DNA of 64,000 nt from Amphiscolops sp. MND2022 (taxonomy: Eukaryota). The notes beneath the pieces were generated by a model that ran no database searches, was not told the origin of the DNA, and worked only from the letters and a program-made list of their open reading frames with translations. Below are positions 9,591 through 20,903 of the stretch, in pieces. The position numbers and the translations under genes are program-made. The stretch covers positions 48,424,001-48,488,000 of the forward strand of contig OZ076413.1 of the NCBI GenBank assembly GCA_964187785.1, written 5' to 3'. The stretch's first letter is position 1. Every line of letters starts with the position of its first letter.

Positions 9591-11197
9591 TTAGGGGTTC
9601 GAGGGTTGATTGGTTTGTTTGATTTTTTATATTCTTCGATTAGTTTTTTCTGGGTTTCAGTGAGTGTCCATTTAGGTGGACGATTTTCCATGTTAGCTCC
9701 AAAGTAACAGTTTGGTTCCTCATGATCAGGAGTGTTACAATGGGAACATCTTGGTGCATCTGGATCTTGATCCATTTTTTGTCGCTTTGCAAGTTTTGGG
9801 CACTCTTTTGCTATGTGGCCTTCATCCTTGCAGTATCGGCATTGGTTATCTTGAAGTGTGTTGTTGGGTACTGTGTTTGGGGTTTTTGTTTTTGTTTTTG
9901 TGTTTTGTGAGGGTGTTTTAGTGTTTTGGGTGTTGGTTTGTTTGACTGCCGTCATTTGAGTTTTCACTAGGGGCTCATCCGTTTCGAGTCCATTGATTTG
10001 TTCATAGGTACCGTTTTCGAGGTAAGCCTGGTTGATTGATTTTTTGAGATGAGGGGGCATTTTTGCATTTATCAGGCTCTCAATCATCTGTGGTGCTGCT
10101 TCACCGAAAGCTTTTTCAGCGCTTTCTTGGAGGTTTTCAAGAAAGTCGGGTAGTTTTTGGTTTTCTGGTTGGAACATAAGTCTGTTAAATCTGTGTTTTG
10201 CTGAGGCGCTGGATTCGGGCTTAACATATTTCCTCCTGAAGAATACTAGTATGTCTTCAAGTGTTGTTGTCGGAGTTCTTTGAATGTTTTTGAAAGTTTT
10301 CAATGCTAGTCCTCTTAGATGAGCATGGAAATGGTTGATTTTCATGTCCTCCGTGAGGTGTGGTTGCATTTTGAGTGTTGTGTGGAAAAGGTCTTCAAAA
10401 TACTCGAATTTTTCATTTTTCTCTAATTTCCCGTTGAAAGTAAGCGTATTCTTCGGGTGGAAAAGAGATGGTTCAGTATTTTTTCGTGCAAGATTTTCGA
10501 TTGCTATGGCAATTTGACTGACGGGATCTGTTTGCTCAGGATGCTCGAGAGGAGTTTGTGCGTGTGGTCCTTGTGTATTTGTGATGTTGGAGTTAGTCGA
10601 ACTTTGTCTCAGAATGTTCTTGATAGGTCCTGTCACCATGTGATGATCGGCCTTCTCATGTCTGTTTTCATTTATAATGATGGATTCATCCAATGTGTTT
10701 TCAGTAATCCCAAGGGGAGTGTATGGTTGTCTTATTTCACTCATTTCAGATGGATAGAACCGATCATCCTGATTCTTATTTTTGTCTAGAGCTGTGTTTG
10801 ATGCGTGTTTGTTTCTGAGACCCTTATTTTTAGAGTTAGAAGGACCAGGTTGGTTATTCTCGGCATCCTCCTCATCAGTTATTACTATGTAGTTTTTGTT
10901 TGTTCTAATCTCCTTAAGTATCTCCTCAAATTTGTTGTTTAGATGCTCTTCAATCTGCGACATCTTGTCGTTGTTCTGTTCTGTTAGTCTTTGCGAAATA
11001 ACTTCTATCTCATTGCTTATTTGAGACGGTTCTGTTAGTTCACTGCCTAAGTTCCTGTCAAAAATATTGTTAACATTTTCAGAAGCATTATTTAAAGTCG
11101 CATTACCTTGTGCGAAACTAGTTTCTGGTGTATTTTCGTCTCTGTCTGAAGACTGAGATGTAGTTCTTCTTGTCCTTCTATTCCTCCTGTTCCCCAT
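9563..11197 (-). CDS. gag: Gag of A, with its N-terminal ~186 codons inside the 5' LTR
   Basis: 544-aa ORF with two CCHC knuckles (CRYCKDEGHIAKEC, CSHCNTPDHEEPNC); crosses the LTR/PBS junction as HH-MVTG. Confidence 0.9.
   Translation of the reverse strand: MGNRRNRRTRRTTSQSSDRDENTPETSFAQGNATLNNASENVNNIFDRNLGSELTEPSQISNEIEVISQRLTEQNNDKMSQIEEHLNNKFEEILKEIRTNKNYIVITDEEDAENNQPGPSNSKNKGLRNKHASNTALDKNKNQDDRFYPSEMSEIRQPYTPLGITENTLDESIIINENRHEKADHHMVTGPIKNILRQSSTNSNITNTQGPHAQTPLEHPEQTDPVSQIAIAIENLARKNTEPSLFHPKNTLTFNGKLEKNEKFEYFEDLFHTTLKMQPHLTEDMKINHFHAHLRGLALKTFKNIQRTPTTTLEDILVFFRRKYVKPESSASAKHRFNRLMFQPENQKLPDFLENLQESAEKAFGEAAPQMIESLINAKMPPHLKKSINQAYLENGTYEQINGLETDEPLVKTQMTAVKQTNTQNTKTPSQNTKTKTKTPNTVPNNTLQDNQCRYCKDEGHIAKECPKLAKRQKMDQDPDAPRCSHCNTPDHEEPNCYFGANMENRPPKWTLTETQKKLIEEYKKSNKPINPRTPKPSTSKDLN
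9566..9572 (-). promoter_or_regulatory. -1 ribosomal frameshift slippery heptamer T TTA AAC (gag-pol of A)
   Basis: Gag ends GAT TTA AAC TAA; the -1 frame TTT AAA CTA ATA AAG continues without a stop into pol. Confidence 0.85.
10629..10638 (-). promoter_or_regulatory. Primer binding site of A (TGGTGACAGG)
   Basis: TGG directly after a CA end; the same 10-mer follows the LTR end in B (42914..42923) and C (47724..47733). The priming tRNA was not identified. Confidence 0.75.
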
Positions 11198-12547
11198 GTT
11201 GAAAACAGTTTTGATTGAAGAAAATCTTTGAATTTCAAAGATATAGGGTGAAATGAAAGTTGGGAATTATTTTACAGAAAAGAGAACTGTATATTCAGAA
11301 ACTGCAAAGTTATTTGGGTTTGAATTTGAACAACTGTTCTGTTCGAGTGTTATGTTGCGAATGTTCGTGGAAAAAATGATTTTTAAGGGGGTCCTTCTCA
11401 AGTGATTTTATTGGGCGGTATTTTTAGTTGCATGACCATCAAATTTACTCAAATCATCATAACGTCATATATCTAGGGTCAAATGTTAAAAATATGATAT
11501 TACGTCAGACTCCTGGAAGGTCTAAACATAGCACTGGGACTCACAACAGCATAGCACTAAGAATTCTGCAAATTATGCTGTTTTACATCATAATGTAGTA
11601 TATGCAGTCTCATGAAATCCTCATAATGCAGTATAATTCTACCAACTGAAATAAGAATCATTATGCTGTTTTTCAGATAAAACTTCATACTGTTTTTGTC
11701 AGGTTTCCGCATATGCTGCTCCCGTATTGAAACGTCATGCTGTTTCCACGGGATTTCCGCCTATGCTGTTTCCAATCTGAACCGTCATGCTGTTTCTGCT
11801 AGATTTCCGCATATGCTGTTTTTAACTCAAGTCGTCATGCTGTTTTTGTTGAATTTCCGCATAATGCAACACAAAGCATGAACTACACTGCGCATATAAT
11901 CATTATGCTGTTTCTTTAATAAAACCGCATATGCTGTTTCTTTAATAAAACCGCATATGCTGCTTCATGAAAACCGCATAATGCCGCATAATCAGTATCA
12001 AATAGATGTACTAGATCATTATGCTGGTTTCTAAATGAATCATCATACTGTTTTTGATCATTTTCTTCATGATCGAACTACAAACGCTCTGATGTGGTAC
12101 AGATATATAAGACCATTGGATTTAATTCCTTTCTATGATTTAGGATGGTAAAACAAAGGTTTAGCACTGTATTGGTAACTTAGGTGTTACCTTTCCAGTT
12201 ATTTTTCAATTAATCAAAGCACCTTATGGGTGAAACAATAACAACAGTAACGACATTCAGCAATCATCATTTTAGATGAAATGTACAAACGAAAGCAACA
12301 TTTTATTAAACGAACAATAACCAACATCGTTTAAGTTTAAAATTTGAAATGTTCATTGAGTTCCTGTCCATATTCGGGTAGACAGCTACGATGATGGGTA
12401 AACAGCGTTGACTGCTTCACTGATGTTGCACCCCGGACATCTCGCACGGGTAGGTCGGCGACACATATATTGAAGATGAGGTATCATCATCGGGTTGGTG
12501 GAAGGAAACAGCAGGCTTGCTGTGAATTGCCTCAGAGGTACTCAACA
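10639..12547 (-). repeat. 5' LTR of A (outer boundary tentative)
   Basis: Inner end is set by the PBS, by analogy with B. Candidate outer ends are TGTTGAG at 12547 or TGTCGCC at 12463. The size (~1.8-1.9 kb) is comparable to the B and C LTRs. Confidence 0.55.
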
Positions 12548-12549
12548 TT

Positions 12550-13167
12550 TCAGGGAGCAAAGTTCGCGAGTTGGGGGCAATCTGTAGTCTGCCTTAAGAG
12601 ATGACAAGCTGGCATTAGCCGGGACCCTTCGCTTTGGGGGATCGGAGTACTCGATCGATGGACCTCAGCAATCTCCGTAAATCCAGTTGTGGCGTCTGAT
12701 CCTTGGGTTTTTTCTAGGTCATTGGACAAGTTCTCGCAGCTTTTGATGAGGCAAGGAGGAATGTTTACTTCCAGGTGTTGCAGGGTCTTCTCTGCAAAAT
12801 CATTGACATCAGTTTCACTGTCACTGCTGGGGGCATTCTCTCCTATTTGATTTTGGCTTTGAGACTCAGTTGTTTGTTGTTCAGCACCAGAAGCAAGATC
12901 TGCATGAGTTGGAGTTGATGTCACAGGGTTTTCGGCAGTTCTATTCTCTAAAAGCAAAAAGGAAGAAATTTTGGCGGTATGCTTCCTCGGAAAGAGTCCA
13001 TTTACCGCATTTGAAATCTTCCGGAAGTGTTTTATGGCTCAGTCAAAACTTGATTGACACGTGATCTATGATGGAAATAGGAAGCGCTTAGTGAACAAAT
13101 TTAGCTTTGATCAAATTAAACTAGTTCAAAATAATGGAAACCCAAACCAACCTGAGCAGGAAGACAT
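12550..13167 (-). pseudogene. 5' exons of a family-C-like antisense gene (microexon 13152..13167 plus exon starting at 12947)
   Basis: ATGTCTTCCTGCTCAG|GTTGGT donor and TTTTAG|AG acceptor join in frame (MSSCSENRTAENP); an equivalent microexon lies at 48343..48358. Confidence 0.6.
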
Positions 13168-13955
13168 GCTGTTAACTGTAGTTTGCTGGACCACAGTCCT
13201 TGGGAGGCTAAATGAAATTCGGGGAGTTGGACGAGCTCGCCTGAAGATGGAAGGTGAGCAGTACTGACTCAAAGGGCAGTCAACAATAAAATTGGAGACG
13301 AAAAGGGTGTAAATGAACGGACGTACAAACATGGAATATAAATAATGGTGGAATTGGAATCTGACAAGTGATATCAAAAGAGTAATCCAAATAGATATTG
13401 AAAGTTGGAGTTTGTGGCTGAAAGGTGTTACCAGACTATTATTTTGTGGTTATTTACATATTTACAACTTACATGGAGTCTGCCAGCGAAATTTACAGAA
13501 TCATCTCATTCATTTACAATTTAATGGATTAGGGCCGGTGATGAGCATTTTACTTTGTCTCATTTTATCGTTTTGTTCCGTTATCTTTATTACCATTCAG
13601 TTAGAATTTCCGCCATTGTAAATTATTCAAGATTTTTAATTTCGCCATTTTATTATTCATTTTTCTATTTTATCTATAAACCATTCCGATTGGCTAAAGC
13701 CATTTTGGGAGAGTTATGCGGCACACGTCGTTAATTACCTGTTAACTACCCACTTGAGACAAGTTTATTTGTTATTAACAACTTGAGTGAGGTTCTCACC
13801 TCTCATGACAATGGTGATGATGAAGGGTAAACGGACCTATTTCAAAGGGAATCAGCTTGTGGTGGAATTCCATTCTGAAAAGTTTACCCAAACTTAGGCC
13901 GATTAATCGAAGGTTTAGACACGAAATCGAAACTGCCGGGACAACTGATTTATAA

Positions 13956-14330
13956 ATGAAAACAGTTGATCTCGAAAGGAACAAAATTGCAAAAAATATA
14001 ATCATGCTGAAATACAATCTCGCCAGGAAACTGTTCGATATGGAAGAGCAAAGCTCAACTTCATCTTCCGATTCAGTCATATACATCAAGAGGACGAGGA
14101 CCAATCAGACAGTTGGGACTCAGATTGGTCAACAGACGCCGAAGAGATGATCAAACGAATCGAGACAGAATTGACTTCGAAGCCGGTGGGGATTGCTGGA
14201 AGAATGATGACTACCGGCAGCATAGAAGAGATGGTGGCTGGGCCCAGTACTGCTCGGCCGAGTTCGTTAACAACTCTCAATTTGGGCCGTGAGTGTTTCA
14301 ATGAAATTGGGCCGTGTATTTGGTTTCTAT
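13956..14330 (+). pseudogene. ORF3 homologue, frameshifted and truncated
   Basis: Two consecutive frames match the N-terminal half of 46621..47406 / 49243..50027. Confidence 0.75.
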
Positions 14331-15346
14331 GGAAAAACTTCTATCAGTTGCATATAAATGTAGAGCATGGCAAATTTTGTAGAAAGAAGGGACCATGTGT
14401 TCAATCCCCCCAAACTGCGGCGGAGGGAATAAGGAAGAAGGTTCAAATACATTATGTCGGCATGGTTTGTGTTGATATTTTGCGTCCAATAAAATAATTG
14501 ATGTCGACATAATCCTATCTATTACATTGACTGTCAGGTATCAAATTCGCAAATTCGCAACAAGGTGTACCTGGGGGGGGAGGATGGGGTTGGGGGGTTT
14601 GTGAATTGAACACATGGTCCGAAAGAAGTTCTGTTCAAGTGTGAGTATTTTTGAACAAAACAGGAAATATTCAGCGAGTGATTCAAAGATTAAATTTATT
14701 TTTTTCGGGGTCGACGTTTTCTAAGTTTTCAGTTTCTAAGGTACATTCTGCGAACATTTGTCAGACTGTCAAAAATATGTCCCTTGTAATGAGATGCAAA
14801 TAAACCTTGTGACCCGCAATTTACCTAAATTACCTCCCTTTTCATTAGCTACAATTAAAAAATACCAAATATGGTATATACTCACGAACAATTTATAATT
14901 TTTTTTCTCAAATACAACATTTTTCTCGGAAAACGTTGAAAATTGTTTAATTAAATTTCAAAAAAAATTGAAAATCTCTGAGCAAGCGTTTAGTCATCAC
15001 AGGAAATAACGACGCATTGTATTATCCGTTGCACAAAAAATGAGATTTGAAAGTGAGAATTGCTCATGAAAAGTTTGAAAGACGTTACTTTGTTTCAAAG
15101 TGGGTAAAATGTTCTAACAAAAAACGATGAGGCAAGATAATTTATTCTCTATCAGGTTGACACAAAAAAAATGAATCACAACTTTTCTATGCTAGAAAAT
15201 CACGGTTAAAGATCATTACTCACTGTTTTTTGAGACTAAAAATGATGAATCGAGAATAAATATGAAGAAAACCAAATTAAAAAGGAATTGACAGAGTCTT
15301 TTATTTTGGGTTTTATTCCGAAAATGCGAGGTTTGAGAATGCTGTT

Positions 15347-16479
15347 CTAAACTGTCAAGATTTCAATTCTACCTCCGTCTGACAAGTCCTCACAATTTGA
15401 ATCATCGGCAGTGGTTGCATAAAGAATATAGGGAGGTTGATTAGATAAGGGGATTTCTTGCTCGTTAGCGTATCTAGATCTTATGCTATCCTTATTCCAC
15501 CAATGCTCGTAGTAACAAACCCCGTCAACGGCCACGACGAGCCAACCAAAATCATTTGGACAACCATTGTAGCTTTTATTGATGAGGAATACCCTTCCAT
15601 AATCTCCCCTGATACGGAAGTGAGACCCCCACACTGTAGTTGGAGCTTCCAAAATCCACAGAGACGAGTAGTTATAGTTCGACCAAGAGAACCAGTTAAG
15701 AAGCGTTTGGCCCCCGTAGAAGTCAATTTCTGACACGATTGCCGACTTTTCGAAGTTATATACCAGAAATTTGATCGTTTTGGCGTTTTCGAGTTTTGAC
15801 TCAATTCCGGAGTCTCTGAATACTTGATCGGAAAGAACAGTGCCACCTTTCGGGTTTATTTCGTTTCCTGTTTCAAGATAGTCCGCAGGATTCACTCCAG
15901 AAAAAGCATTGACAAAAAACACGACATCCCATCCATCTGAGGAGTAAATCTCAACCCTAGACGCCCAAAGACCATTTGAAAAGTTAACTGGGTCTTTCGA
16001 ATTTGAATAAACAATTCCACAAAAATTGTTTTCCAGCGAAGCCTCGTTAATCCACCATTTAAATTGATCACATGTTGTTTCGAGATCACACGTCAACTTC
16101 AGATACCCTTCTTCTTCACAAGGCAGGTCACTTTTAGTGGTTATCTCAAATCCTTGGTGGTCATGTCTAAACTGAACAGCGCTTGCTAACTTGCTTTGAT
16201 CCCAAACTGAAGACGTCACTAGGTTGTTGGCTGAAAACCATGCAAAGAGTCCTGAGGTCCCTTTGAACTCAATGACTTCTCTGGGAAAATTCATTTCATC
16301 GTATATGACAAAAAGAATTTTCGGAGACCCGTTGGAATAGCTCATGAAATTTGAATACGTCCCAAAGCGATTATAGTTTTCTTTCCCGTTTCCCGTGGTT
16401 CGTTCTGTGAGAAAATCAGAGAATTTTGTTGTTGAATTCATATGATATTTTGATTGCAGAGTCATGTTGGTGTCCAAAT
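15347..16479 (-). CDS. Terminal exon of a host gene with two diverged copies of an uncharacterised Trp/Cys-containing extracellular domain
   Basis: Acceptor TTTTTCAG at 16480; internal repeat motifs (F.G...L..WFS..N...SS.W...F.I....C..+.G.L); splice phase is compatible with the EGF exon at 18165..18536. Confidence 0.7.
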
Positions 16480-18164
16480 CTGAAAAATCAACTTTTTTAA
16501 AATCAAAACAGTTAAATGAGGAAATTGACACAAAGGAGACAATAAAATTCAATATTTCTTCTTTTTTTCCGCGAAAGATATTCATGCGGGCTTCTACAGT
16601 TGTAAAAGGTTCGTTGATTCAACACGGTTAGCCAATTTAGCGTTGAGTGCGCCTGAATAAAATGTTGACAAACGTTGGAGAAACGGATTGATAGCCATAG
16701 TGTTTTTTTGGAAAATTATTCCGTGAGTCAGAGCATGTTTTTGAGTCAGGGATTTATTTTCCCAAACACAACATCTCCGATGCATGTCACGTTTTGATTA
16801 CCTTTAACACACACTGGGCTATTTACAAAGCTGAAAGTGCTAAGGTTTCACCTGAGGTTTGTTTTCAACATTTCAGATCTTCAGGCGTGGTACGAAGTGC
16901 CGCCAATACTTTTCCTCAATGGATTTTTTTCGATATCAAGAGCGGTTGAAACTTCCAATGTAGCGACGGTTTGGAGCATTTCTGGCTTGTAAGGCTACCA
17001 CTGGTAATTATTCAAGACTTCAAATGAATTCTTGGCATTCGAAACGCTGATTTTTAGTCGGCGCTCTTTGACAAAAAGTGCCCGACTGTTACAGTGTTTT
17101 GTTTTCAGTCGGCCTTTCTTACGGAAAGAGTCCGGCTATTAAAATGACTTTGTTTCTTTTATTCATCAGACGACCACAGAGCTCACCCTGTAAGTACAAC
17201 TTTTTAGTGCAGATGTAAATCGTTTTAGGGGGGAACCCAGCGGTCGTGGATTCAACTCCCTGTTTCAGCCAGAAACTTTTCGTGCATTTGCGAAACCAGA
17301 CAAGACTGAATAGCCCCATTTTTGATATTTTCGGCTCTGCAAGATGATATTTGATTTTTTTGTCTCCAAAGGGTCACCTCTTTAATATTTATTGAAATTC
17401 CCCCCCGTAATATCTATAGTAAAGCGCTATATCCGAACTTTTGACTTTATATCCGAGCTATATTGCCTTTCGAGCGATTCGTATTATATATTCGAGCTAT
17501 ATATCCGAGCTATTTGTACATTTGCAAAAGCAGACGAAACTAAAAAGCCCCCTTTTAACTTTTTTAAGCTTTGTGAGACTTTTTTGAAATTTTTCCAAGG
17601 CTCTAAATACAGAGCAGCAAACCAATTCATAAAACGTAGACATTGAAGTGTTTAATGCCACAGATGGTGACGAATGAGCTTGGTTACCGTAGATATATTC
17701 ACTACAAAAAGTATTTATGGAAAATTACCCCAGAAACTATGATATTTGAAGAAAACGCTGACATTGGTTTTCGTTCTAGCCGATACACGTCAATAGCGAA
17801 ACTTGTGAACGCAATCCTTGTTCGTCAACTGCTCGTTACTGAATCAATTTGTGAATGGTGTAAGGTCCTACTAGAAAAAATGTGTTGGTTTGAAGCTAAC
17901 CAGAGTCGAATTTTTGTATCTTTTCTTTTTGACCTAACGTTTGTAATGTGAAATGATTCGAACACAGGGAACAGAATCCGAATATAGCGGTGTTTTGGCA
18001 GACAGAATATAAAGATTCATTTTATAAAAGTTTTTTTCCCATCTAGTTCGCTGATACTCTGCAGTTATACTTTTGGAAAAACAAAGGGTCAGTTTTTGGA
18101 ACAAAATTTTAGAGTTTTAGTATTTTTAGGAAGCGTTTTGAAGAAACCCTTTTGAACTGCTAAC

Positions 18165-18536
18165 CACAACGAAATGAACCAATGGTGTTGACGCATCTGA
18201 AAAGTTCGGAATTGAGGCAGCCGTCGGGATGTTCTATACACTCATCGATGTCTTCGCATAACTCTTTTTCTGTGTTGACAACAAATCCAGTTTTGCAGAC
18301 GCAATTGTACGATCCAATTTCGTTTTCACAGTGTCCGCTGTCATAGCTTTCATGAGAGCAAGACTTGCTCGCGCACTCATCAATGTCTACGCAAGACACG
18401 ATTCCTTCATTGCGAAAAGGTTTGACAACGTACCCTGCATTACAGACACAGCTGTAGCCATGATTTATTTCGTTCACACAGGATCCAGCAGACAAGCCGC
18501 CACAAAGGTCCTGTCCACTATCGCATTCATTGAGCT
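18165..18536 (-). CDS. Host exon with three calcium-binding EGF-like repeats
   Basis: LNEC, DIDEC x2, C.N.IGSY/F.C; flanked by acceptor TTCATTGCAG and donor G|GTTAG, both phase 1. Confidence 0.85.
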
Positions 18537-19308
18537 CTGCAATGAAAAAGGGTGCTAAGCTTTTCTTCCGATTTTGGAAGAAAACGAAACATCGAAACTG
18601 ATTCGAACCTCCGCCTCTTCCCAAGTAACTTCCCAAGTTACTTCGGATATATTGTCAAAACCCGGATACAGCGCAATCTTTTCCGCATCCTCCTTGGTAA
18701 AACGCAATTCACTAGAAACTCTTCAGATCTTGCAAATTCTGTATGAATGTTTGAGCTTTTTTATTTTTACCAAAACGATCAAAATATACAAAATACTTGT
18801 AGAGGATTCCAAACGTTTTCAAATTGTTTGCTCACTTCGCTGTTCAGCTTTTTGTTGGAAGTTTAAACAGCTGCCCAAGATCTGGAGGACGAGGAGCAAG
18901 GATCGACACTTTTCGTGTCTCCTTGTATCAGTCGCCTTCTTTGGAAAAACTTGGAAAGCTTAGATAACTTGGATGCAAAATTTTAATAACTTAACGACCA
19001 ATTGACCCTTAAGGAAAAGGCGGAACATTTACAGTAGCAAACGTTTTCTCTTTTAACGCTGCCTCACACTGAAATGTTCACTTTCTTGTTCAATCGGTCC
19101 AACTGTTGGCGCCAGTCAATTGCGAGATCAGAAACTCAAATTCGACCGTGACGCATGAAACTTGAAACTCAAATCTCTTAGAAAAGTTATCAAGATTCTA
19201 GTCTGGAAATTACAACTTTTAGCAAACATGGCCTCATGTAAAATAACACCACCCCCCATTTTGAGAAGCACTTGTCCAATGACGCTGAAAGTTAGCATGC
19301 ATATGCTA

Positions 19309-19832
19309 GAATTCCGGACGTTTCGGCAATAGACGTTTCGGCGGCGGACGTTTCGGCAACAAAAACATGCGGAAACGTCTCAGGCTAAAAACATTTGCCG
19401 AAACGTTTCGTATGATAAGTGGGGCATATCCGGTGTATGCACGCTCGCCCTCACCGTCGCAACGACCAGCTCCCACTACGATCGCTCCACGATCTCCGTT
19501 CCCTCTAGGTCTTTGCTCCTGTTCGACCTCGCTTAGCAAGATGGGAATTTAAGCGGCCCCAAGTGGCCGCGGGGCACTAGAGGAAATGGGGACATATCCG
19601 AGGCACATTTTATGCTTTGTATTATTCATACATTAATGGTCTTATCGTTTTTCTTCAATTCCAGAATTCTACAAACTGGTATTCTACAAACTGGACCTAA
19701 CCAGTTTGTAGAAAACCAAAAACAAAAACCAAAAACAAAACCAAGATAATACGGGACGTTTCGGCATGAAAAATTTGCCGAAACGTCTCGAATTTTTTTG
19801 CCGAAACGTCTTTGCCGAAACGTCGTGCTCCC
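19309..19832. mobile_element. Non-autonomous DNA transposon (MITE) with GACGTTTCGGCA subterminal repeats
   Basis: Absent from the 3' LTR; flanked by duplicated (C)ATATGCTA (8-9 bp); inverted GACGTTTCGGCAA arrays at both ends. Superfamily uncertain (MULE-like). Confidence 0.8.
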
Positions 19833-20085
19833 ATATGCTAGAAGTGCTAACTCAACTTTTCCCTCGAAACACCGAACCTGGGTTCTCCTGGGTATCTCTC
19901 CTGGGTTCCGAGCAATTAAAACCCAAAGTGACCTACGTCGGACGCCATGAAGTTCCCTATTTGGATGAATTAATTATTGTGTGATTTTCTAATATCACCT
20001 TGAAGGAAATGTAAACCTGTTCAAATTGTTCACATTTACATTGTGTAAACATACTTTCTGACCCTATTAGCCAACATGCCAAAAC

Positions 20086-20903
20086 CAGGGATTGCAATTA
20101 ATTGCAAATCGGTGTAATTGTAATGGCAATGGGTCGAGTAAAGTTGCTAATTGCAATTGCGCAATTCCAGAAGCCAGTAATTGTAATTATAATTGCTTTT
20201 GAGCCAAACACCTTAAACATTTTTATATCAATTTTTAAAACTTAACTCGATGAAAACACAAAATATAAGAACCTTATGCAAAATAGAGAACTTACAGTAA
20301 AATCTTGGAAAAACAACTGTGCATGAAATATGAACTTAAAGGGATTTACACTCAGTGTGAATGAACAGAAACGATGACATATAAGTTAATACACGAACAT
20401 AGGGTTGTACAAACACAGCCTAACCATATTACTGCAACAGATGCATATTCTTGATGATGAAAACGTTGCGTGAGTGGTTTTCAGGAGTCAGTCGGTTTTG
20501 CAAATAATTTTTGGTCAATCGTCCATAAGAAAATAACCTTTCTGGGTCCACGCTATCAGGCCTAAAATTTTCGAGAAAGGATATAATGTCCACTTCGCTG
20601 TCAGGGCAACTCCGTTTGACAAATTTATTAAATGAAATCACTCCGAGAGGATTATATAGATATATACTTTTAACTGAAACAAAAAAAACGTAAAGCAAAA
20701 TAGCTAACTAGTAAATAAATTAAAATTTTCAGGAAAATGTATAAATGGTAGCAAAATTGCGAAATTGTACAAATTAGAAAGTGCAATTGTAATTGTTAAT
20801 TGCTTTTCAGATTTTCAAAAATTGTTAATTGTTATTGCAAGCCTCAAAGTCGCAATTAATTGTAATTGCATGCATTTAATTGTATTCAAAATTGCAATCC
20901 CTG
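20086..20903. mobile_element. hAT-type MITE
   Basis: TIRs CAGGGATTGCAATT...AATTGCAATCCCTG, 8-bp TSD GCCAAAAC, absent from the 3' LTR. Confidence 0.92.

Larger units (their letters stand above)
1..12547 (-). mobile_element. Ty3/Gypsy LTR retrotransposon A (3' part runs off the window start)
   Basis: gag 9563..11197 and pol (PR-RT-RH-IN order) on the minus strand; PBS TGGTGACAGG directly after LTR end ...CATCACA at 10639. The outer LTR end is uncertain (12547 or 12463) because the 3' LTR is outside the window. Confidence 0.9.
12548..14330 (+). mobile_element. Old internal fragment of a family-C-like Gypsy element (5' exons of the antisense gene, divergent promoter, ORF3 remnant)
   Basis: 12950-13800 aligns by eye with 48150-49000; 13956-14300 encodes YNLARKLFD...WDSDWSTDAEEMIKRIE, homologous to ORF 49243. 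Confidence 0.8.

Noticed and set aside
4802..10789. Numerous short overlapping or opposite-strand ORFs within gag-pol (likewise 36916..42576)
   Set aside because: Shadow frames of the real coding sequence; not conserved between A and B beyond what pol conservation forces.
14571..14600. G-rich run, possible G-quadruplex
   Set aside because: Single low-complexity tract with no supporting context.
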